The translations under genes were made by a program, and so were the position numbers. The notes below the pieces were generated by a model. It had not been told where the DNA came from. It ran no database searches and saw nothing but the letters and a program-made list of their open reading frames with translations. A DNA stretch of 64,000 bases from Mizuhopecten yessoensis (taxonomy: Eukaryota). The DNA lies in NCBI RefSeq assembly GCF_002113885.1, contig NW_018407155.1, positions 561,097 through 625,096 of the forward strand. Reading direction: 5' to 3'. Positions 39,168-51,430 of this stretch are shown one piece after another (positions within the stretch are counted from its first letter, which is position 1; each line of letters starts with the position of its first letter).

Positions 39168-39258
39168 TTAACTCATTCACCCCTGAAATTTTATAATGAA
39201 ATATTCCAACCTTTGAATTGGAAAAGTTCAAATGTGTCTCCAGGGGTGAATGAGTTAA
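39168..39258 (+). mobile_element. 83-bp TTAA hairpin MITE, subfamily A, complete
   Basis: TTAA on both sides and both TIRs. Confidence 0.95.
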
Positions 39259-40046
39259 GAATGATGAAATTAATTTTCAATATTGAAATATTGCAGCAAT
39301 ATACAGAGGGGTCTCGCATTTTAAGTCTTATTTAAAAATATTCTTACTTTCGCGAAAATTGAGGGAATCTTACCATACTTTGCTGTTAATTGTTTTGTTT
39401 AAGATGTCATTAATCAGAGAAGTTGTTGAATGACGGAGCCCTGATGTGGGATTGTGTCATGGTCGCCAGACGCCCTCAGGGGAAGGGTGTAGATGTAATT
39501 CTCGTAACCTGATGGTAACGATTTTCTGGTTCTCACAGAACAAATCATTAAAGAGAAGAACCTGCATCACATATTTGTTAAAGTTTTGATAATTTGTATA
39601 AACTCATGTACAGTTATGTGTGTAATGAAAGATAATGGATATATAATGTCTAACCATGCATCACTATAGATTCCGAACATCAGGATCTCCTCCTAATAGT
39701 TGCACTTCAGTAAAAAGTTAATAAGAATTATCAGGGTACCAGTAGTATCTATAAAGATAAATGTACATTTTAACTGGGAAATTACTTTGACATTAAGAAG
39801 ATTTAGAATGACATATATCTTCCTAAAGAAATAAAATTTACAGATTGAATTTTCAAGATGGGTTGTTTTGTAATCTGTTCAAATGTGTGTGTTTTTTTTA
39901 AATATTCCGAAGTTTTAAGTAAATATGAAGGATTGTTTGGCAAACAGCTGAAAATGCTGAGGAGAAAATTTACTCATACAGTCGTAAATATACCTGCAAA
40001 CGAATTGGTGATGGAAAAAAGTGCCACTGATGTGTGGAGTAAACTA

Positions 40047-40137
40047 TTAACTCATTCATCCCTACATGTCTAAACTGGACTTGCCCAGTCTTTGAATTGG
40101 TAAGGTTCAAATGTGACTTTAGGGGTGAATGGGTTAA
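40047..40137 (+). mobile_element. 83-bp TTAA hairpin MITE, subfamily B, complete
   Basis: TTAA on both sides and both TIRs. Confidence 0.93.
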
Positions 40138-40637
40138 GAAAAGTGCTATCTTTGAATGTGTTGGTTTCATTATTCAGCCTCCGACACTTTTATTGTCCAT
40201 TAGAGAGTTCGGCAGCTTTCAACCAAGCAAAAGTCTAACAGAACTGCATCACAATTAAAAAAGATACATTACAAATAAATTGTTTGAGTGATTTAAAAAG
40301 ATATGCTAGAAATAAAAGCGATAAAGCAAATAAATTGATGCCTTTATCAGCTTTATTATCACCTGTTGAAGGATCCGGGGAGAACAGACGGTATAAAGTC
40401 GTAGCGTTTCAGAAAATATTCCGGTTCAGAAGTAGTAAGTGTCTTGTTAAAATTCCGCCAAGTTTTAATCTGGTTTTATGTTTAAGTCTTGCGTACTCTT
40501 GATTGTGTGGCATAGGACTGATTGACAGGTAAGGGGAGATAATAAGGAATAAGACTATCACGTATTATAAGGTGAATGTAAGATATTTGAAAACTTTTTG
40601 TTTAATACAGAAAAACCTGTATATAAGCCAACCTTCT

Positions 40638-40728
40638 TTAACTCATTCACCCCTGAAGCCACATTTTAACTCTTCAAATTCAAAGGTTGAAATAGTTCAT
40701 TATGAAATTTCAGGGGTGAATGAGTTAA
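40638..40728 (-). mobile_element. 83-bp TTAA hairpin MITE, subfamily A, complete
   Basis: TTAA on both sides and both TIRs. Confidence 0.95.
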
Positions 40729-40825
40729 GATACCACTGTAAGTATTCCTTGTCTTGGTGAGTTTTGTGTGAATTGAGCCTGCATTTACAGTGTTACAGTT
40801 CACCTGCAGTAAAAGACCAACTGTA

Positions 40826-41320
40826 AGGGAAATATGATTGTTTGAGGGAAATATGATTGTGTCGGAGAAGTATGACAGTGTGAAGGAAATGAGGGAAATA
40901 AAAAAATGAGGAAAATATGATTGTTTGAGGGAAATAAGATTGTGTGAGGAAAATATGATTGTTTGAAGGAAATAAGATTGTGTGAAAAAATATGATTGTT
41001 TGAGGGAAATAAGATTGTGTGAGGAAAATATGATTGTTTGAGGTAAATAAGATTGTGTGAGGAAAATATAATTGTTTGAGGGAAATAAGATTGTGTGAGT
41101 AAAACATGATTGTTTGAAGGAAATAAGATTGTGTGAAGAAAAATTGATTGTTTGAGGGAAATAAGATTGTGTGAGGAAAAAATGATTATTTGAGGGAAAT
41201 ATGACTGTTTCAGGGATATATAAATGTGAGGGAAATGAGGAAAATATGATTGTGTGAGGGAAATATGGACGTGAGGGGAAATATGAGGATGGAAATATGA
41301 TTGTTAGGAGGGAAATTTAA
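40826..41320. repeat. 19-bp minisatellite organised as a 38-bp dimer
   Basis: GAGGGAAATAAGATTGTGT and GAGGAAAATATGATTGTTT alternate. Confidence 0.93.
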
Positions 41321-42245
41321 TTGCCTGAGTTACAAATTCCCTAAAGGAATTATATGAGCTCTTATTTGATTTTATCTGGATTGATAACTGCGTTATAGTA
41401 CAGTGATGCGCGTGTCCTCCTTCTGTAACCCCGGTACATTTCAATACATCAGTACAGCACGACATAAATCTATTTCCTTAATCAATTTCAAATATTGATT
41501 TTACCTCCATTCCAGATTTCAATGTACTCTTCACCCGATATGATGTCCGTGCAATTAGTTAAGCTTGTACTTGTCAGGTTTCTCACAGCCAAGCGACACG
41601 TGCATCCCAAGTACTAACTGTCATGTCAGATAGGTGTTGATCTGTCACGGATGCCATTACGTTGTAAAAAATGAAAACAAAACACAGAAGATAGATCTTG
41701 CTCATTATTTGGTGATGTACAGATCAAGACCTGCCTTCCTTCAACTTGCATGCCTCGCTGACGTTTTAATTGTCTGGATAGCGGAAAACCTGTTAAGATT
41801 GTTAAGAGGAAACACCTTCAGCAATCCAATAGTTTCTATTGTACATTTGTGGGTCTGATTTTTGTTGTCGTTTGGAATTTCAGAAATTGTGGAGATATGT
41901 CTGCCATGCATGATAGATAGAAAAGTTATGTAGAGGTTCTCAAGACAAAACTATGTGTGTTTTACAAATGTGGCAGTGTTTATATAAATGCAGGGTTCGA
42001 TTCGTGAAAATAACGTCTGTGACTTTATCAAGTGATAGCACCTGATGTCTGAAGGGGATAACAACACGCGATAAGTAACATGTCATGTTCTGCAGAAATT
42101 AATTTTCTACATGATAATTATTAATAAAATTTATTACATTTGTAAAAGCAAATTGTTACGATGTAAGAAATGCTGGAGAAAGTAATCTGGGTTAAGGTTT
42201 GGTCATTTTGATTTTCTTTCAGCATGTTGGTTTTATAATGTTATG

Positions 42246-42580
42246 CTGGGTTAGATTCCCCGATTGGACTTGAAAAGGTATGGGGTCACCTGTCTGACCA
42301 TGTGGGCTTTCTACAAATGCTCAAGTTTCCTCCCAACATTGATTAAGACACACACACACACACACCCCTCTCCATCCTCCCTGCCATACATCCCTGCCAA
42401 CAAGATCGAGTGATTAATATAAGTTGAAATGACATGTTTCATAATCAATCATTAAGACTCAGTTTGTTTTGAACACAAACAGAAATTGAAAACTTATTTG
42501 CGAGCTTAGCCCCAAACTGACGATTCTTATTCTGAATATTGTTTCATAATTGTTGTAAAATAAATAAAGTTTATATATAT
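42246..42580 (+). mobile_element. V-domain-like SINE copy, 5' truncated, with a (CA)n insertion
   Basis: GGTTAGATTCCCCGATTGGACTTGAAAAGGTATGGGGTCACCTG... matches the 15403-15645 element. Confidence 0.75.
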
Positions 42581-42779
42581 GACTCTGTGAATCAGTTCAG
42601 ACTTAGACGATCTTCCATTACAGACAACCTGTGTCATTAGTGATACAGGGTTCCCTCTGACCTTGTGTCGTTGCTGAGGGAAGCTGGTGGATTAGGTGAT
42701 ACTTGTCCATATGTCACTGTCCTGTATCACTGTCAGTGTGGCCACTGACCATGAAATTAACAACTCGTTAGACACCTGA

Positions 42780-43210
42780 TACTGGTCAGCTTGACCACCA
42801 CACTGACCACTACAAACAAGACTAAGCTTTATAGCTTAACCACTAATTCAGCTCATTTCCCCTATGACCTCATTTTCCCCAAAATATTTAGGTAAGACCT
42901 GGACAGAATCACTGAATTAAGATTTTGGTCAGTTTGACTGTTACAGTGACCGGAGTGCACAATCAGCTTTGAAATTTAGCCATTAATTACGCTCATTTCC
43001 TCATTAACCTCATTTTCCCCCCAGATATGGAGGGAAGTCCCCGACAGAATCACTAAATTAAAATTGTATATATATATATGGTTTGCTTGACCTTGACCGC
43101 TACAGTGGCCAGAGGACAAGACTTGGCTTTATAGCTCATTTTATATTTGACCTCAATTTTTCCTGAAGTATTTAAGATAATCCCTGGCAGAATCACTAAA
43201 TTAGGATTAC
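42780..43210. repeat. ~140-150-bp degenerate tandem repeat x3
   Basis: GCTCATTT...ACCTCATTTTCCCC...CAGAATCACTAAATTA occurs three times. Confidence 0.75.
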
Positions 43211-43344
43211 TGGAGTAATGTGATCATATTCATCCTTCATTGAAGATAAGCCTTGTTTAACACAGTTTCCAGACATAGATATTCCATGATGACCTGAAGC
43301 ATGTCTTGGAGAATTTTGTAAATATTTGGGGTTCGTACCATCAT

Positions 43345-43458
43345 ACATGCAGGGTTCATACCATTGTAAATGTAAGGATCATACTGTCATAAATGCAGGG
43401 TTCATACCATTGTAAATGTAAGGATCATACTGTCATAAATGCAGGGTTCATACCGTCG
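43345..43458. repeat. 46-bp tandem repeat x2.5
   Basis: ATGCAGGGTTCATACCATTGTAAATGTAAGGATCATACTGTCATAA. Confidence 0.85.
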
Positions 43459-44537
43459 TTAAGGCCGGGTTTTGTATCGTTAATGCATTTTAATCCTAAG
43501 TTGAAGTTGAAGCTTATTTGAGACTATTCTGAAATGTCTTGTATAAGTTTGAATTCAATGTATAAAAGAATGAATGACCTGCTATTACTGAAACAGTGCG
43601 ACTCGAAAAATTCCAGAAAAGTTTCTGTTCTGTAAACAGTCGCTTGTAATAATTCCTGGGGTTGAGCTTTCTATTCAGATCGAGGATCCCCTCAGAACTG
43701 TAAATATCGTAAAATAAAAATCATTCAGAAGCGTTGTAATGTCCTATAAATTGATAAAATGTGTATTTTGAATGTAAGTGGAGTTTGTGGGTACAGGCAG
43801 TGCAGTTTCGTAAACTTCATTACCTGGATACTCAAGAGGCTGAGACAAAGTAGATTATGATTTTTCATTTCGGAGAAAACCTAGAAAACCTAATTACGAG
43901 AATTGCTGATCTAATTGCACAACTTCAGTAGCGAACGCGGTAAATTAATTACGAACTTCCTTTTCTTTTCACATGCTATTGATATGATAAAGTGTTTAAA
44001 AAAAAAATCTACTCGTGTGCATGATGTGCAGCGTATATTCCTTAATATTTTGATTTTAAAAAAATAAAATGGTGATGCTTGTAATGAAGAATATAGACAT
44101 TTTTGACGTTTGATTGAGGGAAATATTTCTTTTGACAGTTTGTCACTTTTTGTAGTTTGTCCTTTCAGTGGTATGAATGATTCTGAAAACCCCAAAGCAT
44201 CATGGGAACCTCTTACGGAATAGAAATTAATGGCTGCCATGTTGGTTTTGCAGCTTAACTAATCATGAAGTTTAATTTGTTGCCAACATTTAACATCTTT
44301 CATGGAACTACTTGCTTCTAAGCTGTTTTTGATGTGCAAGTCATTTGTAATACATTGGCATAGCTTAGGAAAAATTCATCTGTACCAGCTAACATGGTAT
44401 GGTGTCCATTTAAATCATTGTAATACAATGTCAAATTAAAGTTCTTATAGCGATGAAGCATGAAATACAGCATCACAACAAAAGTTTGAAAGCCATTAGT
44501 GTTCGAAAAGGGTCTAAATAATTGGCCCATGGCATAG

Positions 44538-44730
44538 AGGGATTCCCCAGAGCTATATTTAGAATAGATGGTTTCCAATGTGATTCAGGTAATTCCCTAC
44601 AGCTATATTTAGAATAGATGGCTTCCATTGTGATTCAGGGAATTCCCTACAGCTATATTTAGAATAGATGGCTTCCATTATGATTCAGGGATTTCCCTGC
44701 GGCTATATTTAGAATTTATGGCATTCAGTG
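44538..44730. repeat. ~50-bp tandem repeat x4
   Basis: CCCTACAGCTATATTTAGAATAGATGGCTTCCATTGTGATTCAGG. Confidence 0.9.
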
Positions 44731-44986
44731 TGAACTTTGGAATATTTTACCATTTATATCAGGATGAGGTTTCTTAAATCACATAAAGTCAACTTTATAT
44801 TCACATTGATAGTTTTTCTCATCAATTAATTTTGTATTCTCTCATCCAAAACATTCAATTGCTTATAAGTATTTGTCCATTATATAAAATATATTTACTT
44901 TGAATGGAGTCTCAAAATCTTGCCTGATAAATCAGACAACAGCAGATATTGTTTTAGAATAACAAAAAATATGTACCACACTTAAA

Positions 44987-45077
44987 TTTGCTCATTCATC
45001 CCTGAAGACACATTTGAACTCTTCCAGTTCAAAAGTTTGAAAAGTTCATTATGCAATTTAAGGGGTGAATGAGTTAA
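44987..45077 (-). mobile_element. 83-bp TTAA hairpin MITE, subfamily A
   Basis: Both TIRs. It ends ~40 nt upstream of the RS3 branch site. Confidence 0.9.
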
Positions 45078-45114
45078 GTAGTTCACAATTTTCTGTGTTT
45101 ATTATATTGTAATC

Positions 45115-45152
45115 CTAATATTTTCTTTTCTTTGTCTTTGTAGGTAAGTGTT
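45115..45152 (+). promoter_or_regulatory. Candidate recursive splice site RS3
   Basis: CTAAT branch site at 45115-45119, tract TTTTCTTTTCTTTGTCTTTG, TAG|GTAAGTGTT with AG at 45142-45143. Confidence 0.78.
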
Positions 45153-45183
45153 GATCAAGTGCTGAAGGAGATGGCTGATCTTA

Positions 45184-45197
45184 GTTGCCATGGTAAC
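45184..45197. promoter_or_regulatory. RFX X-box consensus match
   Basis: GTTGCCATGGTAAC. Confidence 0.45.
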
Positions 45198-46682
45198 AGA
45201 AACTGTATGTACGATAAAGTTGACAAATTCAGATCATGGAGTTAACAATAGGAAAAAAGACGTTGTCCATTGAATCGGGATTACCTCTGTGGTGGCTAAT
45301 GTAGCAGTTATACCAAATCTCTAGTCTGTAAAGTTTCTTCACTCTGTTAATTGGTTCAATATTTTTGAAGTTTTTAAATTCTTTGAATCATCATTTCGCA
45401 GTTTCTTTTTCAGCAATATAGAATTGCTGTTAAATTGGCATCATTCATACAAGATTATGGTAACATGGAAAGCCCAATATTTATCTGAAATTACAAATAA
45501 TATTCATTAAAGTGACAAATCATTTCCTTGGGTCTGTACTTCTGTAATTATGTTTTTTATAAAAAAAATATAATGAATGTGAAAATAGAGAAAAGAACCA
45601 TGTGAACAAAAATACTTCCGCATGATCACTGTGCTGGCTTTGTCCTGAAAAAAGCCAAGGGCGCTAAAATGAAGACAAATAGATTTTGTCAGGATTCCAG
45701 CCACTGAATATTTATAACCAATTGACCTTTGACCTTCAATGTCCTCTTAGCTGAATGCTCATTCTATCTTCCATAATAATTCACACTAAGCATTGTGTCT
45801 AGTGGTTTATTGTACGGATAAAGTACAATACTTGTGTTTTCTGCAGCAATTAGATTAAACAGAATATTGGACATATCTTGGTCCAGGAGAGCAGTATATA
45901 GTGCTATTAAGATTGACTTGTGACAGGGACTCATTGCTTTTGTCAGGTTTTAATTGGTCAGATACGGGACGTTAATCTGTTTGGTGGGTTTGATTGGTTA
46001 ATATTAGAAGAAGTCCTTAACATGGACTTGTTTATTGCAAGCAGATGGCAAAATCCTCATACAAAAGTCCATTTTTATTATAGCTTTTTCCCCCCCAGAG
46101 ATGATTTCAGCATTACTATGTCTTCAACAGTTATCCTTCCCGAAGCTTTTGGTCAAATTCGGTATTTGTTTCGCTCCATTAATTGCAACCATAGGAATTC
46201 ATTGTGTTTATAAATTAGGATTATTGTCACACGGAGGAAAGGCTGTATGACTAAATGTCCCGTCACGCTTGTCTATCCGATGTCCGCGTCTTTGTCCGCC
46301 TTTACGGAACCGCAGAATGGATCGGGGCATGATGAGAAATCTCTTAAATGCAGCGCAACGTTATAAGACTGCACTCTAATGATGGGACATAAAAATGACA
46401 AACAATTTGTCGGAGACTGTTTTTATGGTTCTTGTGAAATTATCGTAAAATGAGATTGAAATAATTGGATTATTTTTCAATTTTCGCATTGTTAGTCATA
46501 GAAGGTCATCTGATTGTTTGCATATTAAAATAAACACGTGCGCAACGCATAGGTCGTGAACCTGGTATTGGTGATAAGGGGATAGGAGTGTATATATAGA
46601 TTTCTAAATTTCTGTTCTCTCCTCAAAAAACTCAATAAATAATACTACTGTATTAATAGAATGTAATTTAACTCGGTTAGTT

Positions 46683-46832
46683 TTGTTGGCCCGGATGTTA
46701 GCATTCCTGGGGTCTTAATGTGGGAGGTAACCGGAGTACCTGGAGAAAACCCATGTGGTCAGTCAGGTGACCTCATACCTTTTCGCATCCATATAGGGAA
46801 TCAAACACCGGCCGCCTTGGTGAAAGGCACAC
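46683..46832 (-). mobile_element. V-domain-like SINE copy
   Basis: GTGGGAGGTAACCGGAGTACCTGGAGAAAACCCA..., colinear with 15465-15615. Confidence 0.85.
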
Positions 46833-47769
46833 ATAAACACTTACAGGTTGTCATACATAATTAATACTTAACATTCTGAACAATGTTAATTTAGCATTAA
46901 ATAAGGCATCATTCAAATATTTTGTATTGGAGAAATGTGACAAAATTTCAATATGTATAGAAGTACCTACAAAGATCCCATTTGACAAAATAGCAGCGAA
47001 AAAACTGTCATAACTGGTACATTATGTGCCATTTGTTAATCAGTTTTGAGCAAAAAGCAAAATTCAAGGGATTTCAGATAGTTTCAAGAGAAAATGATAA
47101 GGGTAAAAACAGCAACGTTCTCCTTCAAGAAGAATGAGACTTGTCATGTATTTGTGGGTTTTAATATTCAGAAATTGGACGAAGTGGTGTCGGCTTCACA
47201 TGGCTGATATATTTTTCTATTTATATGGGTAGAATTAATTCTGCTGGCCTGTCCAGACAGATATTCCTGTGTACAAATTTCATTCAAAAGTAATTCTACC
47301 GAGGTTTATAAGGATCTGTTGGCAATGCTTACACATTTTCGGGTTTGTCCTTGTTTCCGTGGAGACGCCCTTGGGTGGTGATACTCTAATACCTTTCTGT
47401 CTGTGTTTGTACATGTTTAGACAGGCTAAATTCCTAGAATGGAAACTCTTGGGAAATATAGAACAGATTGTATTTTCTTATCTTTCTGTTTCTATTTTTC
47501 AAAAAAGTTAAATATGTTCATTTCTGATTAAATCCATGACAAGTAAGTTTGACTCTGAAATTGTTATACACTGGCCGTTTCTTTTCTTAATTTAATTTTC
47601 ATGTTTTTGTAGATGAATAATCTGACATGCATTGTGATCTTTAAGAATGGAATCAACTTCTTGTGGGTTTAACAAAATCAGTACCACTCTGACTGGACCA
47701 AGTGGGTGTATATAGGAGATGTCATTTCACTTCATTATCGTGAAAATGTTTGTCATGACATGAAATACT

Positions 47770-47860
47770 TTAACCCTTTCACCCCTAAGTAACTTCAGTA
47801 GACTCTACCATGCATTGATATGGATGAGTCCATTATGGTCTACAGTGGTGAAAGGGTTAA
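47770..47860 (+). mobile_element. 83-bp TTAA hairpin MITE, subfamily C, complete
   Basis: TTAA on both sides and both TIRs. Confidence 0.95.
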
Positions 47861-48234
47861 GAAATATGAGATTCAAAAGATTTTCATAATCAATTTTAGT
47901 TTAAAATTTGTTTGCCCGAAAAAATTCCCTGAAGGGGCATTAATTGTCCTTTCCATTGGTCAACACTTGTTTAGACATTGTGTTTGGCGCCATTTTGATA
48001 CCAGACGTTCAACATTCATCAAACTTCATACATATAAGCATGTAGAGAAGTACCTCACAAATATGTCAAATGCAGGTCACTGTGACCTATATCTCCTCTT
48101 CACAGATTTCGGTGGACTTTAGGTTAATCTCCATTCCTTTGGCTGGGTTGGTGTCTTGCCTTTATTTCTATCAAAGCAGATGCAGGAATATGCAAGTTTT
48201 ACAATCATTTTTCGGTTGGTATACTGTATTAAAG

Positions 48235-48416
48235 TAGAATATTTACCAGCCCCTAAGTTATATGAAGAATTTCTCAACTGCATTTTACTACTTGCTTATC
48301 TCGCCCTAGTTTAGAACCTAGGATCTGACATCCAAGTGATCAAAGTTATTTGAGTTATCTTTTTCTTCTAAATAATTCAATATCTATGTAATATACTAGT
48401 GACAGGGGCCAGTCTA
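48235..48416. mobile_element. Inverted copy of the 17338 Mutator-like MITE family
   Basis: Body matches the family, ends in GGCCAGTCTA, and the flanks TGTATTAAAG / CGTATTAGAG resemble a 10-bp duplication. Confidence 0.75.
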
Positions 48417-50018
48417 CGTATTAGAGACTCAGATGTTTTTATTAATGAATTTATACTTAAATCCTGATAGTGCTTGTTCTGGTATCCATGACAACAGTTA
48501 TCGTTCTCAACACCAGACATAGAGTAAATAGAGATGTTGACATTGTCCAGTTTACTTTACCCTATTGCACTTTGTCAGTGTGGCCTACATTCTCAGCAAT
48601 CTGACAGTAAATATATAAAATTTGGCTATTCTAAAACAAAATCATTTGTATATCTTCAATAATTCTGACAGATCTTATAATGACCATATATGGTATGAGC
48701 TAGATCTTTTATGACCATATATGGAATCATCTAGCTCTGTTTATGACCATATATGAAATCAGGTAAATATTTTATGACCATATATGGAATAGATTTCAGA
48801 CTATAAATGGAATGAAACTTTTTCTTTAAGAACCAAATATGGAATGAACAACAATAATACTAATATAAGAATTCTTCAAAGACTGAGAATTGGTTGAGTC
48901 CTGACCAATAAAAGCTGCTTGCATCAAAGTTTAAAGAATGGGAAACTTAATTAGAATGCTTCCATTAGCAGTCGCGTAAAGAGCTCTACAGACCAAGATA
49001 TATTATCATGATCTACAGAACTCTTTGGCAAGCAGCACCCTGTAATTGTTCCGAGGCCAAAAAACGAAATTGTTGTGTTACTACCTTTGTCTCATATAAA
49101 TGTAGATAGTTGTGTAGGTAAAATGTTGTATTTTTTAAAACATTTTCACAACTGTTATGAAGAGACTATGTGTTTCAGCCTTGAAAACTGCCTGTTTGAA
49201 ATGAGTGAGAGGGAAATTATAATATCTAAGGTTAGAATAAGCTAGGATAAAGATAGGGAAGGCAGAGACAAAGTTTTTTTCGGCCTGGTGTGCCCTTAAC
49301 AGGCTGGTTTTAATTGTCGATCACCAGGTGGAAAAATGTGTAACAATTCCAAAATGTTCTCTTTACAATTTGGTTGACAATCTCTCTCAAGTGTGAAATG
49401 GAGTTAACAGCGAAAATGGTGAGATGTCTCCGGGGTCTAACAATGCTGTTTTCATGTGGAAAAAAGAAACAAATTCAGAAAAAAAATTGTCTCTAGAGTG
49501 TGGTAGCTTTTGTTTTGAAGTGTGGAAAAAAGGAAGGCCAATTGTGATGTTGACATGTCGTAAAGTGTGGTCGTCTGGATGACGACTTTAATTGAGAGTT
49601 GTCTGACCTTGGCGACGAGAAGACCCAAATTCCTTGCCTCCTGAAGTGAGAAAAAAAAGCAATCGACACCTTCGTTAAAATAGGGTCATCTTTTTGAACA
49701 GTTGTAATTGGGTTTTTTCGTTCTCTGTTAAAATATCTCGCCTTTGTAACATGTTCTCACTGACGATTTCAGGTCCTCCAGGCAAAAGGATTAGAATTCA
49801 AACGAGTTTTTTATGTGTTTTTTTCACAGGCCTTCAATGATGAATGATGTTTTTTTCACCCTCACTAGAAACAAATGTATATAGCAAAGCATTGTGTGAT
49901 TTTACATTTTTTTATTTTTTCAAAATAATTTTCCAATATGACATTATGATAAACATTAATTGTACTGAAATCACCGAAAATATATCACTCCATGTGAAGA
50001 AGGTTAACGGTCCCGATG

Positions 50019-50070
50019 AACTCATTCATCCCTGAAGACACGTTTGAACTCTTTCAGGTGTGAATGAGTT
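50019..50070 (-). mobile_element. Internally deleted subfamily A hairpin MITE
   Basis: Both TIRs are retained and the inner part is lost. Confidence 0.75.
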
Positions 50071-51051
50071 TCAAATTCACTTTATTTGATTAACAGCATC
50101 AGTATTATTTTCTCTATATTTTTTCTAGTAATTCAACATCTGTAATTTGGGATTAGGGGGAGCATTTACTTCAGAGATTCATTTAAGCTAGCTTGGATAT
50201 ATTGATGGTATTTGACATTCTCTATCAATCTGTCTTGGCCGTATGCCTTGATTTGTTGATTTTGGAATTAGCTCAACTTGTCTATAGCCCAAGTTTATCA
50301 GTAGTCCAACCTTATATGTGGAGATAGTAAACCTCTATACAATGCCTCCTTTTCATTTGGCACCTCGTTTGCTGCCAACATATTGCAAAGTTCCTTTTTC
50401 TTGTTTTTCTTTAAAATTCCTTTATACATTTCCCTTTATTTATAAACCTGCAAGCCCCTATATAATGCAAAGATTTTCTGGACAGTTGGTGGCAGTATAA
50501 CAAAGTTTTACTGTACATCTTACGTAAAAATAACACCAATATATATCAAATATTTGTCCTCATGACCTATATTTCCTGCTTCACTGACTTTAGTCAGACT
50601 TTGTTTCAAGGTCTGTTTTCCTGATTAGGTTTTGCCGATGGCTCTCTTTTCATCAAAGAGGGGACATGTATATACTTTATAAACATTTTCTAATCTTTCT
50701 ATTCACCTCGGAGACAACCCAGAAGGTGGTTTCAGACAAGGTGGTGTTTGTGTTTGATGAATGGCTTTAGAAGTGTAGATACAGCCTATTTCTCCATATT
50801 GATGAATTCTGTCACCACGCAAATGTCTGTCGCGACACGATATCTACGGATGAGATGGATTTTTTCTTGTTTTTGTCGCTGCCACCAACATCAAAAGGTA
50901 GTGATCTATCGGAGTAGATGTATGTACGACTGTCATGTTCCGCACAGTTTTGTCATCAGTCTGTCTGAGAATGGTTTGTCAGAGCACTGTTATCATCGGC
51001 TATGAAGCCAATATCTCCCGTTTGCAGATAAAATGTAAATATCTATCTGGC

Positions 51052-51430
51052 TGATACCTATAGCTGACAGTAGGGTGTCCTTAGGTATAATCTGGGTCAT
51101 AGTCAGGTCAAGATGAGGTCAAGGTCATACATACCTACAGCTGGCAGTAAGGTGTGGTGTCCTTAGGTATAATCTGGGTCATAGTCAGGTCAAGATGAGG
51201 TCAAGGTCGTACATACCTACAGCTGACAGTAAGGTGTGGTGTCCTTAGGTATAATCTGGGTCATATTCAGGTCAAGGTCGTACATACGTACAGCTGTAAG
51301 TAAGATGTGCGGAGATACCTTCATCTGGGCCCTGTGGTGTCCTTAGATATAATCTGGGTGATAGTCAGGTCAAGGTCGTACATACGTACCGCTGTAAGTA
51401 AGATGTGCGGAGATACCTTTGTCTGGGCAT
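51052..51430. repeat. ~80-bp tandem repeat x4, rich in CAAGGTCA
   Basis: GGTGTCCTTAGGTATAATCTGGGTCATAGTCAGGTCAAG reiterated. Confidence 0.9.

Noticed and set aside
40520-40540. CAG|GTAAGG as a ratchet point
   Set aside because: There is no polypyrimidine tract and another AG lies just upstream.
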